Shown here one piece after another: positions 19,008-28,066 of a stretch of 64,000 nt of DNA. The position numbers and the translations under genes were made by a program. The DNA is from an uncultured Candidatus Saccharibacteria bacterium (GTDB taxonomy: Bacteria > Patescibacteriota > Minisyncoccia > UBA6257). Location: NCBI GenBank assembly GCA_964479005.1, contig CAYZJA010000002.1, positions 160,001 to 224,000 of the forward strand, in the 5' to 3' direction. The notes beneath the pieces were generated by a model. That model did not search any database and was not told the DNA's origin. It saw only the letters and a program-made list of their open reading frames with translations. Within the stretch, counting starts at the first letter, position 1; each line of letters starts with the position of its first letter.

Positions 19008-20018
19008 ATGAAACAAGTGCAATTTATCAAAATCTCATTATTCATCATTGTTTGCGTATTAGTGCTATTTTTTTATATATTAGTTAATTTTTCATTAACT
19101 TGTCAGGGAGAGTGTAATTTTTCAATAGAGAAAGGAGAAAACTTAAAAAGTATTGCCGATCGTTTAAGAAATCAAAAATTTGTTTCTTCATCTATGTTGT
19201 TTCAATTTTACGTAAAAATAAAAGGTCAGGAAAAAAACATCAAAGCAGGAGATTATTCATTTATTTCACCTTTAACGATTACTAACATAACCGAGATTAT
19301 TACTAATGGAAAATTAACTAATAATAGTTTCCTCATAGCAGAAGGGGAGACAATGTTAGAGATAGAGGAAAATCTAAGAGAAAAAGGTCTAATTGATGCA
19401 TTTTCATCATTAAAAGAATGGAAAACAGGGGATTTTCTTGAAAAAAAATATTTTGATATTTTTTCTGAAATTCCTACCGATGTTTCATTAGAAGGGTATT
19501 TATTTCCTGATTCTTATCATTTACCCCAGGGATTAGAAGAAGAAGAAATTCTTTCAATGTTTATAGATAATTTTGTCGCAAAAACTGAAAATGATTTATT
19601 TTTTGAGATAAAAGAGCAAAAAAGAAGTTTTTATGAAATTTTAACAATGGCTTCTTTGTTGGAAAAAGAAGTTCGCGAAGAAACAGACAAAAGAATGGTA
19701 GCAGATATTCTTTGGAGGAGATTGGATACGAATTTTCTTCTTCAAGTTGACGCAACAATTTGTTATGCTGAATTTCAATCATTTAAAAAATGTTCTCTTA
19801 CCCGTGAATTATTTAAATTAGATTCTCCTTATAACACTTATCTTTATAAAGGATTACCGCCTACACCTATTAATAATCCTGGAATAGAATCAATACAAGC
19901 AGCTTTAAATCCATTAGTAAATGATTATTGGTATTATATGACTGACAGAGAAACAGGAAAAACTATTTTTTCTGAAACATTTGATGAACACTTAGAATCC
20001 CGCGGGAAATATCTATAG
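19008..20018 (+). CDS. mltG: Endolytic murein transglycosylase MltG (YceG-like), full length.
   Basis: N-terminal TM helix and YceG core blocks LASLLEKE, LQVDATICYA, LDSPYNTY, GLPPTPINNPG. Confidence 0.8.
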   Translation: MKQVQFIKISLFIIVCVLVLFFYILVNFSLTCQGECNFSIEKGENLKSIADRLRNQKFVSSSMLFQFYVKIKGQEKNIKAGDYSFISPLTITNITEIITNGKLTNNSFLIAEGETMLEIEENLREKGLIDAFSSLKEWKTGDFLEKKYFDIFSEIPTDVSLEGYLFPDSYHLPQGLEEEEILSMFIDNFVAKTENDLFFEIKEQKRSFYEILTMASLLEKEVREETDKRMVADILWRRLDTNFLLQVDATICYAEFQSFKKCSLTRELFKLDSPYNTYLYKGLPPTPINNPGIESIQAALNPLVNDYWYYMTDRETGKTIFSETFDEHLESRGKYL

Positions 20019-20035
20019 GAATTTTTATTTGATTT

Positions 20036-20076
20036 AAATAGTTTGCTATGATATATTTCAGTTGAGGGACAATATC
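20036..20076. repeat. Near-perfect 14-bp inverted repeat (hairpin) just after the mltG stop, at the left edge of the AT-rich insert.
   Basis: tttcagttgaggga caatatcg tcccctaactgaaa. Confidence 0.5.
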
Positions 20077-20274
20077 GTCCCCTAACTGAAATAACTATTT
20101 AATTAAAAATGGCTAAAAAAACAGAAAAGTTAAATATTACTAAGATCCAAGAAAAGATTACTCGGGCTAATTTGAAATTATTTACTTCTTTGGATTATCA
20201 AAGAATACTTAATTTAGATTATCAGGCGGCAAAGAGAAGCATTACTCGCTACATTCACGCAGGGTTTTTAGTAA

Positions 20275-20760
20275 AAGCCAGAAAAGCTTATCCCATTGAT
20301 TATTAAAAATATCTTGGAAGGGAAAAGTTTGCCAGTGTATGGAGATGGAAAGAATGTTAGAGATTGGATTTATGTTGAAGATCATTGCAAGGCAATAGAT
20401 TTGGTTTTGGATAAAGGTAAATTAAGTGAAGTATATAATATAGGTGGATGTGATGAAAAACAAAATATAGAAATAGTTAAAATTCTTATAGACACAATCA
20501 AAGATTTGATAAAGAAAAATTCGGAATATCAGTTTATTTTAAAAACTGATTTATCTAATATTAATTATAATTTAATAGAATATGTAAAAGACAGAAAGGG
20601 TCATGATAAAAGATATGCTATAGATTCTACAAAAATAAAAAATGAACTCGGGTGGTTTCCCGAAACAAAATTTGGAGATGGTATAGTTAAAACAATTAAA
20701 TGGTATTTTGAAAATCAAGATTGGGTAGAAAACAAGCACGAGCTCTTCAAAAATATATAA
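20275..20760 (+). pseudogene. 5'-truncated fragment of dTDP-glucose 4,6-dehydratase (rfbB-like). Only the C-terminal ~160 aa is present.
   Basis: KPEKLIPLIIKNILEGKSLPVYGDGKNVRDWIYVEDHC aligns with residues ~190-339 of the intact RfbB at 31759-32778. In-frame stops lie immediately upstream at 20269-20274. Confidence 0.65.
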
Positions 20761-20872
20761 ATAATAAAGATACAGTGGCTGACCTTAGTTGTGGTATTGG
20801 AAGAGCACTAACTTTTCTTAAAGTTAAAAAAATTGTCGATTATTATAAAAATTTTAAGGAGGCAAAGAATTT

Positions 20873-22021
20873 ATGAAAATAGGAATATTAACATTTAATT
20901 GGGCACTTAATTATGGAGCTGTATTACAAATGTATACATTATATAAGTATTTGAGTAAAAACAATGAGGTTTTTGTTATAAATTATGTTCCAGATTACTT
21001 AGCTAATCTATATAGTACAAAGATTTTTGATAAACCCTTGAGAATTAAATCAGTAATGGAAAAAATGCTGCAAAAACTAATAAAACATAAACAATATAAA
21101 AAATTCAAGGAATTTATTGATAAAGATATTACTTTAACAGAAAAGGCTAAAAATAGTGCTGAGTTATTAAAAATAATAAACAAACTTGATTTAGTTGCAG
21201 TAGGAAGTGACCAAGTTTGGAATTATGATATAACAAAAGACCATTTAAAGGATTATCTTTTAAGTAATATAAATTGTAACAAGATAAGTTATGCTGCTAG
21301 TCTTGGTAAAAATGAAATTAAAAGTGAAGTTGTAGGTTTATTTAAAAAATCTCTAAAAAATTTTGATTTTGTTTCTTTAAGGGAAGAAGCATCAATAAGT
21401 TATCTTAATAAAATTTGTAAAAGAAAAAATTACAAATTGTGTATTGATCCTGTTTTCTTGTTTAAAAAGGAGGAATGGGAAATCATTGCCGAAAAAAGTT
21501 ATTGTAAATTGCCGAATAAAGAATATATACTTGTATATATGTTAGAATATAATGCTAATTTAATCAAAGTGGCTAAATATTTATCTAAAATATATAATAT
21601 ATCTGTGGTTAGTATAGAAATTCCTTTTTTAACACTTGAAAGAATAACAAAAATGAAAAAAATTAAAAAACTACATGATGTAGGGCCAATAGACTTTGTT
21701 AAATTATTTTCAAATGCAAAATATATTTTAACAAATTCTTTTCATGGGACAGCTTTTTCATTAATTTTTAATAAGCAGTTTATTTCGTTTGCTCATTCAA
21801 CTGTAAATTTAAGGATGGAAAATCTTTTGAAGCTGTATGGTTTAGAAAATAATCAAATAGCTAATTCGTTTAAGGATATTGAAGTTGTTAAAAAAATTTT
21901 AGAAAAGAGTAAACAAGCATATAATAACCAAAATAAAGAAATAGATAATGTTATTGAAGTTTCAAAAAAATATTTAGATGATGTTGTAAAAGAAATTACA
22001 AATAAGAAGGGAAAATTATGA
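20873..22021 (+). CDS. Polysaccharide pyruvyl transferase family protein.
   Basis: N-terminal MKIGILTFNWALNYGAVLQ plus the GSDQVWN block typical of CsaB/WcaK-like pyruvyl transferases. Confidence 0.6.
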   Translation: MKIGILTFNWALNYGAVLQMYTLYKYLSKNNEVFVINYVPDYLANLYSTKIFDKPLRIKSVMEKMLQKLIKHKQYKKFKEFIDKDITLTEKAKNSAELLKIINKLDLVAVGSDQVWNYDITKDHLKDYLLSNINCNKISYAASLGKNEIKSEVVGLFKKSLKNFDFVSLREEASISYLNKICKRKNYKLCIDPVFLFKKEEWEIIAEKSYCKLPNKEYILVYMLEYNANLIKVAKYLSKIYNISVVSIEIPFLTLERITKMKKIKKLHDVGPIDFVKLFSNAKYILTNSFHGTAFSLIFNKQFISFAHSTVNLRMENLLKLYGLENNQIANSFKDIEVVKKILEKSKQAYNNQNKEIDNVIEVSKKYLDDVVKEITNKKGKL

Positions 22022-22105
22022 AAAATAATGTTTTTAAAAAAATTAAGCTAAGTTATTTTATATATTACAATTATTTTTGTCGTAATACTACATGGGGGAA
22101 GAATT

Positions 22106-22369
22106 ATGTTATACTGTTATAATAATACAATTTGCGATATAAGTTCTACTGCTAAAATTATATTAAATGGAAATTTAATTCTCAATTCCTATAAGCTAAA
22201 AAAATCAAAGGCTGAAATGTTACTTAGAATGAAAGAAAATACAAAATTAGTTGTAAATGGAAATTTTTCTTTTTACTACAATTGTGATATTAATATTTTT
22301 GACGGTGGAAGATTAACAATAGGTTCAGGATATGCTAATTGTGGTACACATTGCCTCTTACCCCATTGA
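22106..22369 (+). pseudogene. Possible fragment of a beta-helix acyl/acetyltransferase.
   Basis: An 87-aa ORF with hexapeptide-like N-terminal segments, ending abruptly. The downstream sequence carries further short frames. Confidence 0.25.
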
Positions 22370-22538
22370 GGAAAAAGGTCTTGCAGAAAACAAGCATTGG
22401 AATTTGATGAAGTAGAATACACTCTCAGCTAGCTGGTTAAACCAGACGGAGTAATTGAATATGTGAAAAATACGTTATAGTACTCTTTGTTAATTTGGTA
22501 AATGAAATAAAATATAATTATGTAATGGTGGTGATATT

Positions 22539-23603
22539 ATGAAAATAATACTTTTAGGTGGTACAGGTGCTATAGGAAGTCATTTGACAAACCTTTTATC
22601 TGATAGAAAAGATAAGGTTGTAGTAACTTCTCGAAGCCGTAATGAATCGAAAGAATTAGTTGAATATCGACAAGGAAATGCTAAAAACATAGATTTTTTG
22701 AGTGATGTTTTACGGGAACAATGGGATGCAATCGTTGATTTTATGGTCTATTCTGAAGATGAATTTCGTGAACGGGTAGATTTATTGCTGAGTTCTACAT
22801 CTCAATATGTTTTCTTAAGTTCAGCTAGAGTTTATAATGAAAGTCAAGAGGCTATAACAGAGGAATCTGCAAGACTATTAGATTCTTCTTCTGATTATGA
22901 TTTTTTAGCTACAAGCGAATATTCTCTTTCAAAAGCTCGACAAGAAAATATGTTACGTTCATCAAATAAGAAAAACTGGACTATTGTACGTCCGTATATT
23001 ACGTACAGCGAAAAGCGTTTGCAACTTGGAACTCTAGAAAAAGAAAATTGGCTTTATAGAGCATTACAAGGAAGATCCATAGTATTTTCTGAAGATATTA
23101 GGAACCACTTAACTACTCTAACCTATGGTTTAGATGTGGCAACTGGAATTGCAAGTCTTATCAATAATCCAAAATCTTTTGGGGAAACATATCATATTAC
23201 AAACGAATGTGCATGCAAATGGAGCGATATTTTAAACATATATTTAGATGTATTAGAGAATAAATTAGGAAATCGACCTAAAGTAATCTACCAAAATTTA
23301 CCTGATTTTCTAGTGTGGAATCCAGGAAAATACCCAATTATTTATGATCGGCTTTTTGATAGAAAATTTGATAATACAAAAATCAATAAATTAATAAACG
23401 CAAAAGAATTTGTACAAGTTCAGAATGGATTGAGAAAGAGTTTAAATACGTTTTTAATAAGCCCAGAATTTAGTAGTATAAGCTGGAAAAATGAAGCGAT
23501 AAAAGACAGATACGCTAAAGAAAGAACTCCATTAAAAGAAATCAGTGGCTTTAAGCAAAAAGTTAAATATTTGGCTTTTAGATATTTCATTAAAATTAAA
23601 TAG
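22539..23603 (+). CDS. NAD(P)-dependent epimerase/dehydratase (NmrA-like) family protein.
   Basis: N-terminal Rossmann motif LLGGTGAIGSHL, 354 aa. Confidence 0.55.
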   Translation: MKIILLGGTGAIGSHLTNLLSDRKDKVVVTSRSRNESKELVEYRQGNAKNIDFLSDVLREQWDAIVDFMVYSEDEFRERVDLLLSSTSQYVFLSSARVYNESQEAITEESARLLDSSSDYDFLATSEYSLSKARQENMLRSSNKKNWTIVRPYITYSEKRLQLGTLEKENWLYRALQGRSIVFSEDIRNHLTTLTYGLDVATGIASLINNPKSFGETYHITNECACKWSDILNIYLDVLENKLGNRPKVIYQNLPDFLVWNPGKYPIIYDRLFDRKFDNTKINKLINAKEFVQVQNGLRKSLNTFLISPEFSSISWKNEAIKDRYAKERTPLKEISGFKQKVKYLAFRYFIKIK

Positions 23604-23633
23604 TACAAAATATAAATTTAGAGAGGTAATAAA

Positions 23634-25376
23634 ATGAAAACATATTATACAGACGAAAAAAATATACAGATTTTGATTGCATTACTTAAAGGACATGGAA
23701 TTAGAAAAGTAGTCGCATCTCCTGGAACAGCAAATATGACTTTTGTTAGAAGCCTGCAAAATGATTCTTTTTTTGAAATATACTCATCTATTGACGAGCA
23801 TTCAGCAGCTTATATGGCTTGCGGATTGGCAGCTGAATCAGGAGAACCTGTAGTTTTAAGTTGTACTGGTGCAACTGCATCAAGAAACTATATGCCGGGA
23901 TTGACAGAAGCTTACTATCGTAAATTACCAATACTTTCTGTTACAGCTACTCAAGAAATTGCAAAAGTTGGTCATCACATTCCTCAGGTTTTAGATCGTA
24001 GCTCTATGCCTAATGATGTTGTAAAACACAGTGTTCAACTGCCATTAGTTAAAGATGATACTGATTGGTGGAGTTGTGAGGTTAAGGTAAATAATGCCCT
24101 ATTAGAATTAAGTCGGCATGGAGGCGGACCTGTGCACATTAATTTAAGTATGGATTGTAGATTTTCGTTCAAAACTGTAGAATTACCAAAAGTTCGTGTA
24201 ATTAAGCGCATTAAAACACAATCAAGTGAGTATCCTTCTATGCCTGAAGGTAAAGTTGCGGTATTTGTTGGATCGCATGCAGAAATGACTAAAGATCAAA
24301 TAAGTGCACTTGAACATTTTTGTGAATCCAATAATGCAGTAGTGTTCTGTGACCACACAAGTGGATACAAAGGGAAATATTGTGTTGTTCATTCGCTTAG
24401 TTCTTCTCAAAGACTATCGGACTTTGATGGATTACGCCCTGATTTGTTAATTCATATTGGAGAAATTACCGGAGACTATTCTGTTAGTAGTATAGTTGGA
24501 AAACAGATTTGGAGAGTTAGCGAAGATGGCGAGTTACGAGATACTTATCGTAAACTTCAGTATGTTTTTGAAATGCCCGAACAAGTTTTTTTTAAACATT
24601 ATACTAAAAACGATATAAATAGTGGACTTTATTTACAAGTATGTCGTGATTATCTTGAACAATTGCTCAATAAAATACCAGAACTTCCATTCTCTAATCT
24701 TTGGATAGCAAAAAAAATACATAAGCTAATTCCAGAAAATTCTACTATTCATTTCGCAATTTTAAATAGTCTTCGTTCATGGAATTTTTTTGAATTACCA
24801 AAAACAGTTGAATCTAATTCCAATGTTGGAGGATTCGGAATCGATGGTTGTCTTTCTTCTTTAGTAGGAGCTTCGTTGGCAAAAAAAGATAGATTATATT
24901 TCGGTATCATCGGTGACTTAGCATTCTTTTATGATATAAATTCTATAGGTAATCGTCATGTAGGAAATAATTTACGAATTCTTCTAGTCAATAACGGAAA
25001 AGGCACAGAATTTAGAAATTTCAATCAGCCAGCGGCACAATTTGGAGAATCAGCAGATGAATTTATAGCAGCCGGAGGCCATTTTGGAAACAAGTCACAA
25101 ACCCTAGTAAAAAATTATAGCGAGAGTCTTGGTTTTGAATATTTATCTGCATCAAATAAAGCAGAGTTTGAGCAAGTCTATGAAAGATTTCTAACTGACC
25201 AGATGCTCGATAAACCTATATTATTAGAGGTATTTACAAATAGTGTAGATGAAAGTAAGGCTTTGGAAATGATAACATCAATTAGTACAACAGTTAAAAT
25301 GAAAACGAAAGATGTTATAAGAAATGTTGTAGGTAAGAATAATATTAGAAAAATCAAAAAATTTATTAAAGGTTAA
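23634..25376 (+). CDS. Thiamine-pyrophosphate-dependent enzyme of the acetolactate synthase/pyruvate decarboxylase fold, possibly a YerE-like branched-sugar synthase.
   Basis: 580 aa. N-terminal Pyr domain and a C-terminal TPP-binding motif GDLAFFYD..NN(G). It sits inside a glycan cassette. Confidence 0.5.
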   Translation: MKTYYTDEKNIQILIALLKGHGIRKVVASPGTANMTFVRSLQNDSFFEIYSSIDEHSAAYMACGLAAESGEPVVLSCTGATASRNYMPGLTEAYYRKLPILSVTATQEIAKVGHHIPQVLDRSSMPNDVVKHSVQLPLVKDDTDWWSCEVKVNNALLELSRHGGGPVHINLSMDCRFSFKTVELPKVRVIKRIKTQSSEYPSMPEGKVAVFVGSHAEMTKDQISALEHFCESNNAVVFCDHTSGYKGKYCVVHSLSSSQRLSDFDGLRPDLLIHIGEITGDYSVSSIVGKQIWRVSEDGELRDTYRKLQYVFEMPEQVFFKHYTKNDINSGLYLQVCRDYLEQLLNKIPELPFSNLWIAKKIHKLIPENSTIHFAILNSLRSWNFFELPKTVESNSNVGGFGIDGCLSSLVGASLAKKDRLYFGIIGDLAFFYDINSIGNRHVGNNLRILLVNNGKGTEFRNFNQPAAQFGESADEFIAAGGHFGNKSQTLVKNYSESLGFEYLSASNKAEFEQVYERFLTDQMLDKPILLEVFTNSVDESKALEMITSISTTVKMKTKDVIRNVVGKNNIRKIKKFIKG

Positions 25377-25390
25377 TATAAAATTAAAAT

Positions 25391-25708
25391 ATGAAAATAC
25401 TTACCAAAATTAAATCTATAGGAAAGCACTTGCCTAAACCAATTAAGCATATTATTAGACCTTTCTACATTAAAGTAAAAGGGAAAGAAAGAATAATAGT
25501 ATACAAAGAATTACTACAAGATACAGCTGAATTTCACAATAGAATTGATGATTCTAGAATTAATTATCAAGAGCTCGATAAAATTGATAGAATACTTAAA
25601 CAATTAAATCCTTTAGATGTGAGAAATTATATGTATTTAATAGTTTCTCTTTTTGGTTCGAAATGTTATTATAGATTAAGTAAGTTGAAACATAGTCTAA
25701 ATAATTAA
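25391..25708 (+). CDS. Hypothetical protein.
   Basis: 105-aa basic ORF with no recognisable domain. Confidence 0.3.
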   Translation: MKILTKIKSIGKHLPKPIKHIIRPFYIKVKGKERIIVYKELLQDTAEFHNRIDDSRINYQELDKIDRILKQLNPLDVRNYMYLIVSLFGSKCYYRLSKLKHSLNN

Positions 25709-25803
25709 TTCACTTTATCCCTATGTTTTAAATAAGGTGAGAGAAGCTTTTTGTAATTATTGTATTCTTATTGTTTCTCTTAAACTAATGTTGATAAAAA
25801 ACT

Positions 25804-26007
25804 ATGAATCCACAGCAATTGTACCATAAACAGTATGCCGAGCATGCCTTAATAATTAATCATGAATCTTTTTTCAAGAAAACCTTTCATAAGTTTAATG
25901 TCCATAGAAGAAATGTAGCAATTTCTTTACTAGAGAGAGGAAATAATTTACTTGATATTGGTTGTGGAGAAGGGTCACTTTTATTAAAGGCAAGAAATAA
26001 ATATTAA
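25804..26007 (+). pseudogene. N-terminal fragment of a class I SAM-dependent methyltransferase, truncated at the insert/mltG-duplicate junction.
   Basis: It ends just after motif I LLDIGCGEGSL. The stop codon lies exactly where mltG homology begins (26006). Confidence 0.5.
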
Positions 26008-26809
26008 AGCGGGGGATTATCGATTTATTTCGCCGCTAACAATTGCCAAAATAACCGAGGCTATTACTAATGGAAAATTAAGCAATAATCATAGTTTTCT
26101 CATAACAGAAGGGGAAACAATGCTGGAGATAGAGGAAAATTTAAAAGAGAAAGGTTTAATTGACAAATCTGCCTCATTAAAAGAATGGAAAATAGGAGAT
26201 TTTCTTGAGAAAAAACATTTTGATATTTTTTCTCAAATTCCTTCAGATGCTTCATTAGAGGGCTTTTTATTTCCTGATTCTTATCATTTACCCCAAGGAT
26301 TGGAAGAAAAAGAAATTCTTTCAATACTTATTGATAATTTTGTCGCAAAAGCCCGTGGTGAGTTTAGTCAAACCACTAAAAATGATTTATTTTTTGATAT
26401 TAAGGAGCAAAAAAGAAGTTTTTATGAAATTTTAATAATAGCTTCTTTGTTGGAAAAAGAAGTTCGTGTAGAGACAGATAAAAGAATGGTGGCAGATATT
26501 CTTTGGAGGAGATTGGATACAAATTTTCCTCTTCAGGTAGATGCAACAATATGCTATGCAAAATATGAATCATTTAAAAATTGTTCTCTTACCCGTGAAT
26601 TATTTAAATTAGATTCTCCGTACAATACTTATATTTATAAAGGATTGCCTCCTACGCCTATTAATAATCCCGGAATAGAATCAATACAAGCGGCTTTAAA
26701 TCCATTGGCAAATGATCATTGGTATTATATGACTGACAGAAAAACAGGAAGAACAGTCTTTTCTGAAACATTTGACGAGCATTTAGAATTTCGCGGAAAA
26801 TATCTATAA
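26006..26809 (+). pseudogene. 5'-truncated duplicate of mltG, corresponding to residues ~80-336 of the 19008-20018 copy.
   Basis: Roughly 85-90% identical by eye to 19243-20018, with in-frame indels. Homology starts abruptly at 26006 with an in-frame stop upstream (25985), and ends at the stop codon. Confidence 0.7.
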
Positions 26810-26830
26810 AAACCAAAAACAGAGAATATT

Positions 26831-27916
26831 ATGAAAATTTTTATAATTTTAGGTACTCGTCCAGAGATTATTAAAATGTCTCCTGTTATAAGGGAATGTA
26901 TTAAAAAAAGGCTGAATTTTTCGATTTTGCATACAAATCAGCATTACTCGGAAAATTTGGATAAGGTATTTTTTAAAGAATTAAATTTACCTCGACCAAA
27001 ATATAATCTGAATGTTGGTTCTGGAACTCATGCTGAGCAAACAGCGAAAATTCTTGTTGGAGTGGAAAAGATTTTACTAAAAGAAAGGCCAGATATTGTT
27101 TTAGTTGAGGGCGATACTAATACAGTATTAGCAGGCGCTTTAGCAGCTGCTAAACTTCATATTAAAGTAGGGCATATTGAAGCGGGATTGAGGTCTTATT
27201 ATAGGGAAATGCCAGAAGAAATTAATAGAATTTTAGTTGATCATTGTTCTGATTTGCTTTTTACTCCAACAAAAGAAACGAAAGACATACTCTTAAATGA
27301 AGGGATTCCTCGTAATAAAATATTTGTTACAGGCAATACTATAATTGACGCTGTTTTTCAGAATCTTAAATTAGCTGAGAAAAAATCAAAAATATTGGAA
27401 AAACTTAATTTATCAAAAAGAGGATATTTTTTAATGACTGCCCATCGCGCAGAGAATGTTGATAATGAAAGTAGGCTAAGAGGTATTTTAAAAGGTGTTG
27501 AGATGACTTCTGAAAAATTTTCTTTGCCTGTAATTTATCCCATTCATCCGAGAACAAGAAAGATGATGAAAAAATTTAAACTTAAGGTTTCAAATAAGGT
27601 TAGATTACTCGAACCAATAGGCTATTTGGATTTTTTAAAACTTGAAAATAGTGCTAAACTAATACTTACTGATTCAGGGGGAATACAAGAAGAAGCTTGC
27701 GCAATGCGAGTTCCTTGCGTAACTTTGAGAGATAATACTGAAAGGCCAGAAACAATAGATGTAGGTAGTAATCTGTTGTCAGGTGCTAATCCTTTAAGAA
27801 TCTTAAAATCTGTTTCAAAAATGATGAATAAAAACAGAAAATGGAAAAATCCATTTGGTTCTGGCAAAACAGCGGAAAAAATAATCAAAATTATCCAGAA
27901 AAATGAAAAAGCATAA
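26831..27916 (+). CDS. wecB: UDP-N-acetylglucosamine 2-epimerase (non-hydrolysing).
   Basis: MKIFIILGTRPEIIKM..HIEAGLRS..IQEEA: all WecB/MnaA blocks are present. Confidence 0.85.
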   Translation: MKIFIILGTRPEIIKMSPVIRECIKKRLNFSILHTNQHYSENLDKVFFKELNLPRPKYNLNVGSGTHAEQTAKILVGVEKILLKERPDIVLVEGDTNTVLAGALAAAKLHIKVGHIEAGLRSYYREMPEEINRILVDHCSDLLFTPTKETKDILLNEGIPRNKIFVTGNTIIDAVFQNLKLAEKKSKILEKLNLSKRGYFLMTAHRAENVDNESRLRGILKGVEMTSEKFSLPVIYPIHPRTRKMMKKFKLKVSNKVRLLEPIGYLDFLKLENSAKLILTDSGGIQEEACAMRVPCVTLRDNTERPETIDVGSNLLSGANPLRILKSVSKMMNKNRKWKNPFGSGKTAEKIIKIIQKNEKA

Positions 27917-28066
27917 GGCAATATGTGTAATAGGCCTTGGTTATATTGGTTTGCCAACTGGCTGTTGTTTAGCTAAAGCTGGTTATGAAGTAATCGGCTT
28001 TTATTTAAATGAAGAGAAAATTAAGACTCTAAAATCGAAATTAAAAATTAACCAAGATGGATCTTA
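27903..28066 (+). pseudogene. 54-aa N-terminal remnant of a UDP-sugar dehydrogenase (WecC/Ugd-like).
   Basis: KAICVIGLGYIGLPTG is the NAD-binding N-terminus. The frame stops after 54 codons and overlaps the flippase start. Confidence 0.55.

Noticed and set aside
20109-20306. 65-aa ORF between the mltG hairpin and the rfbB fragment.
   Set aside because: It has no recognisable domain and overlaps the remnant junction. It is kept only as context for the insert boundary, not as a confident gene.
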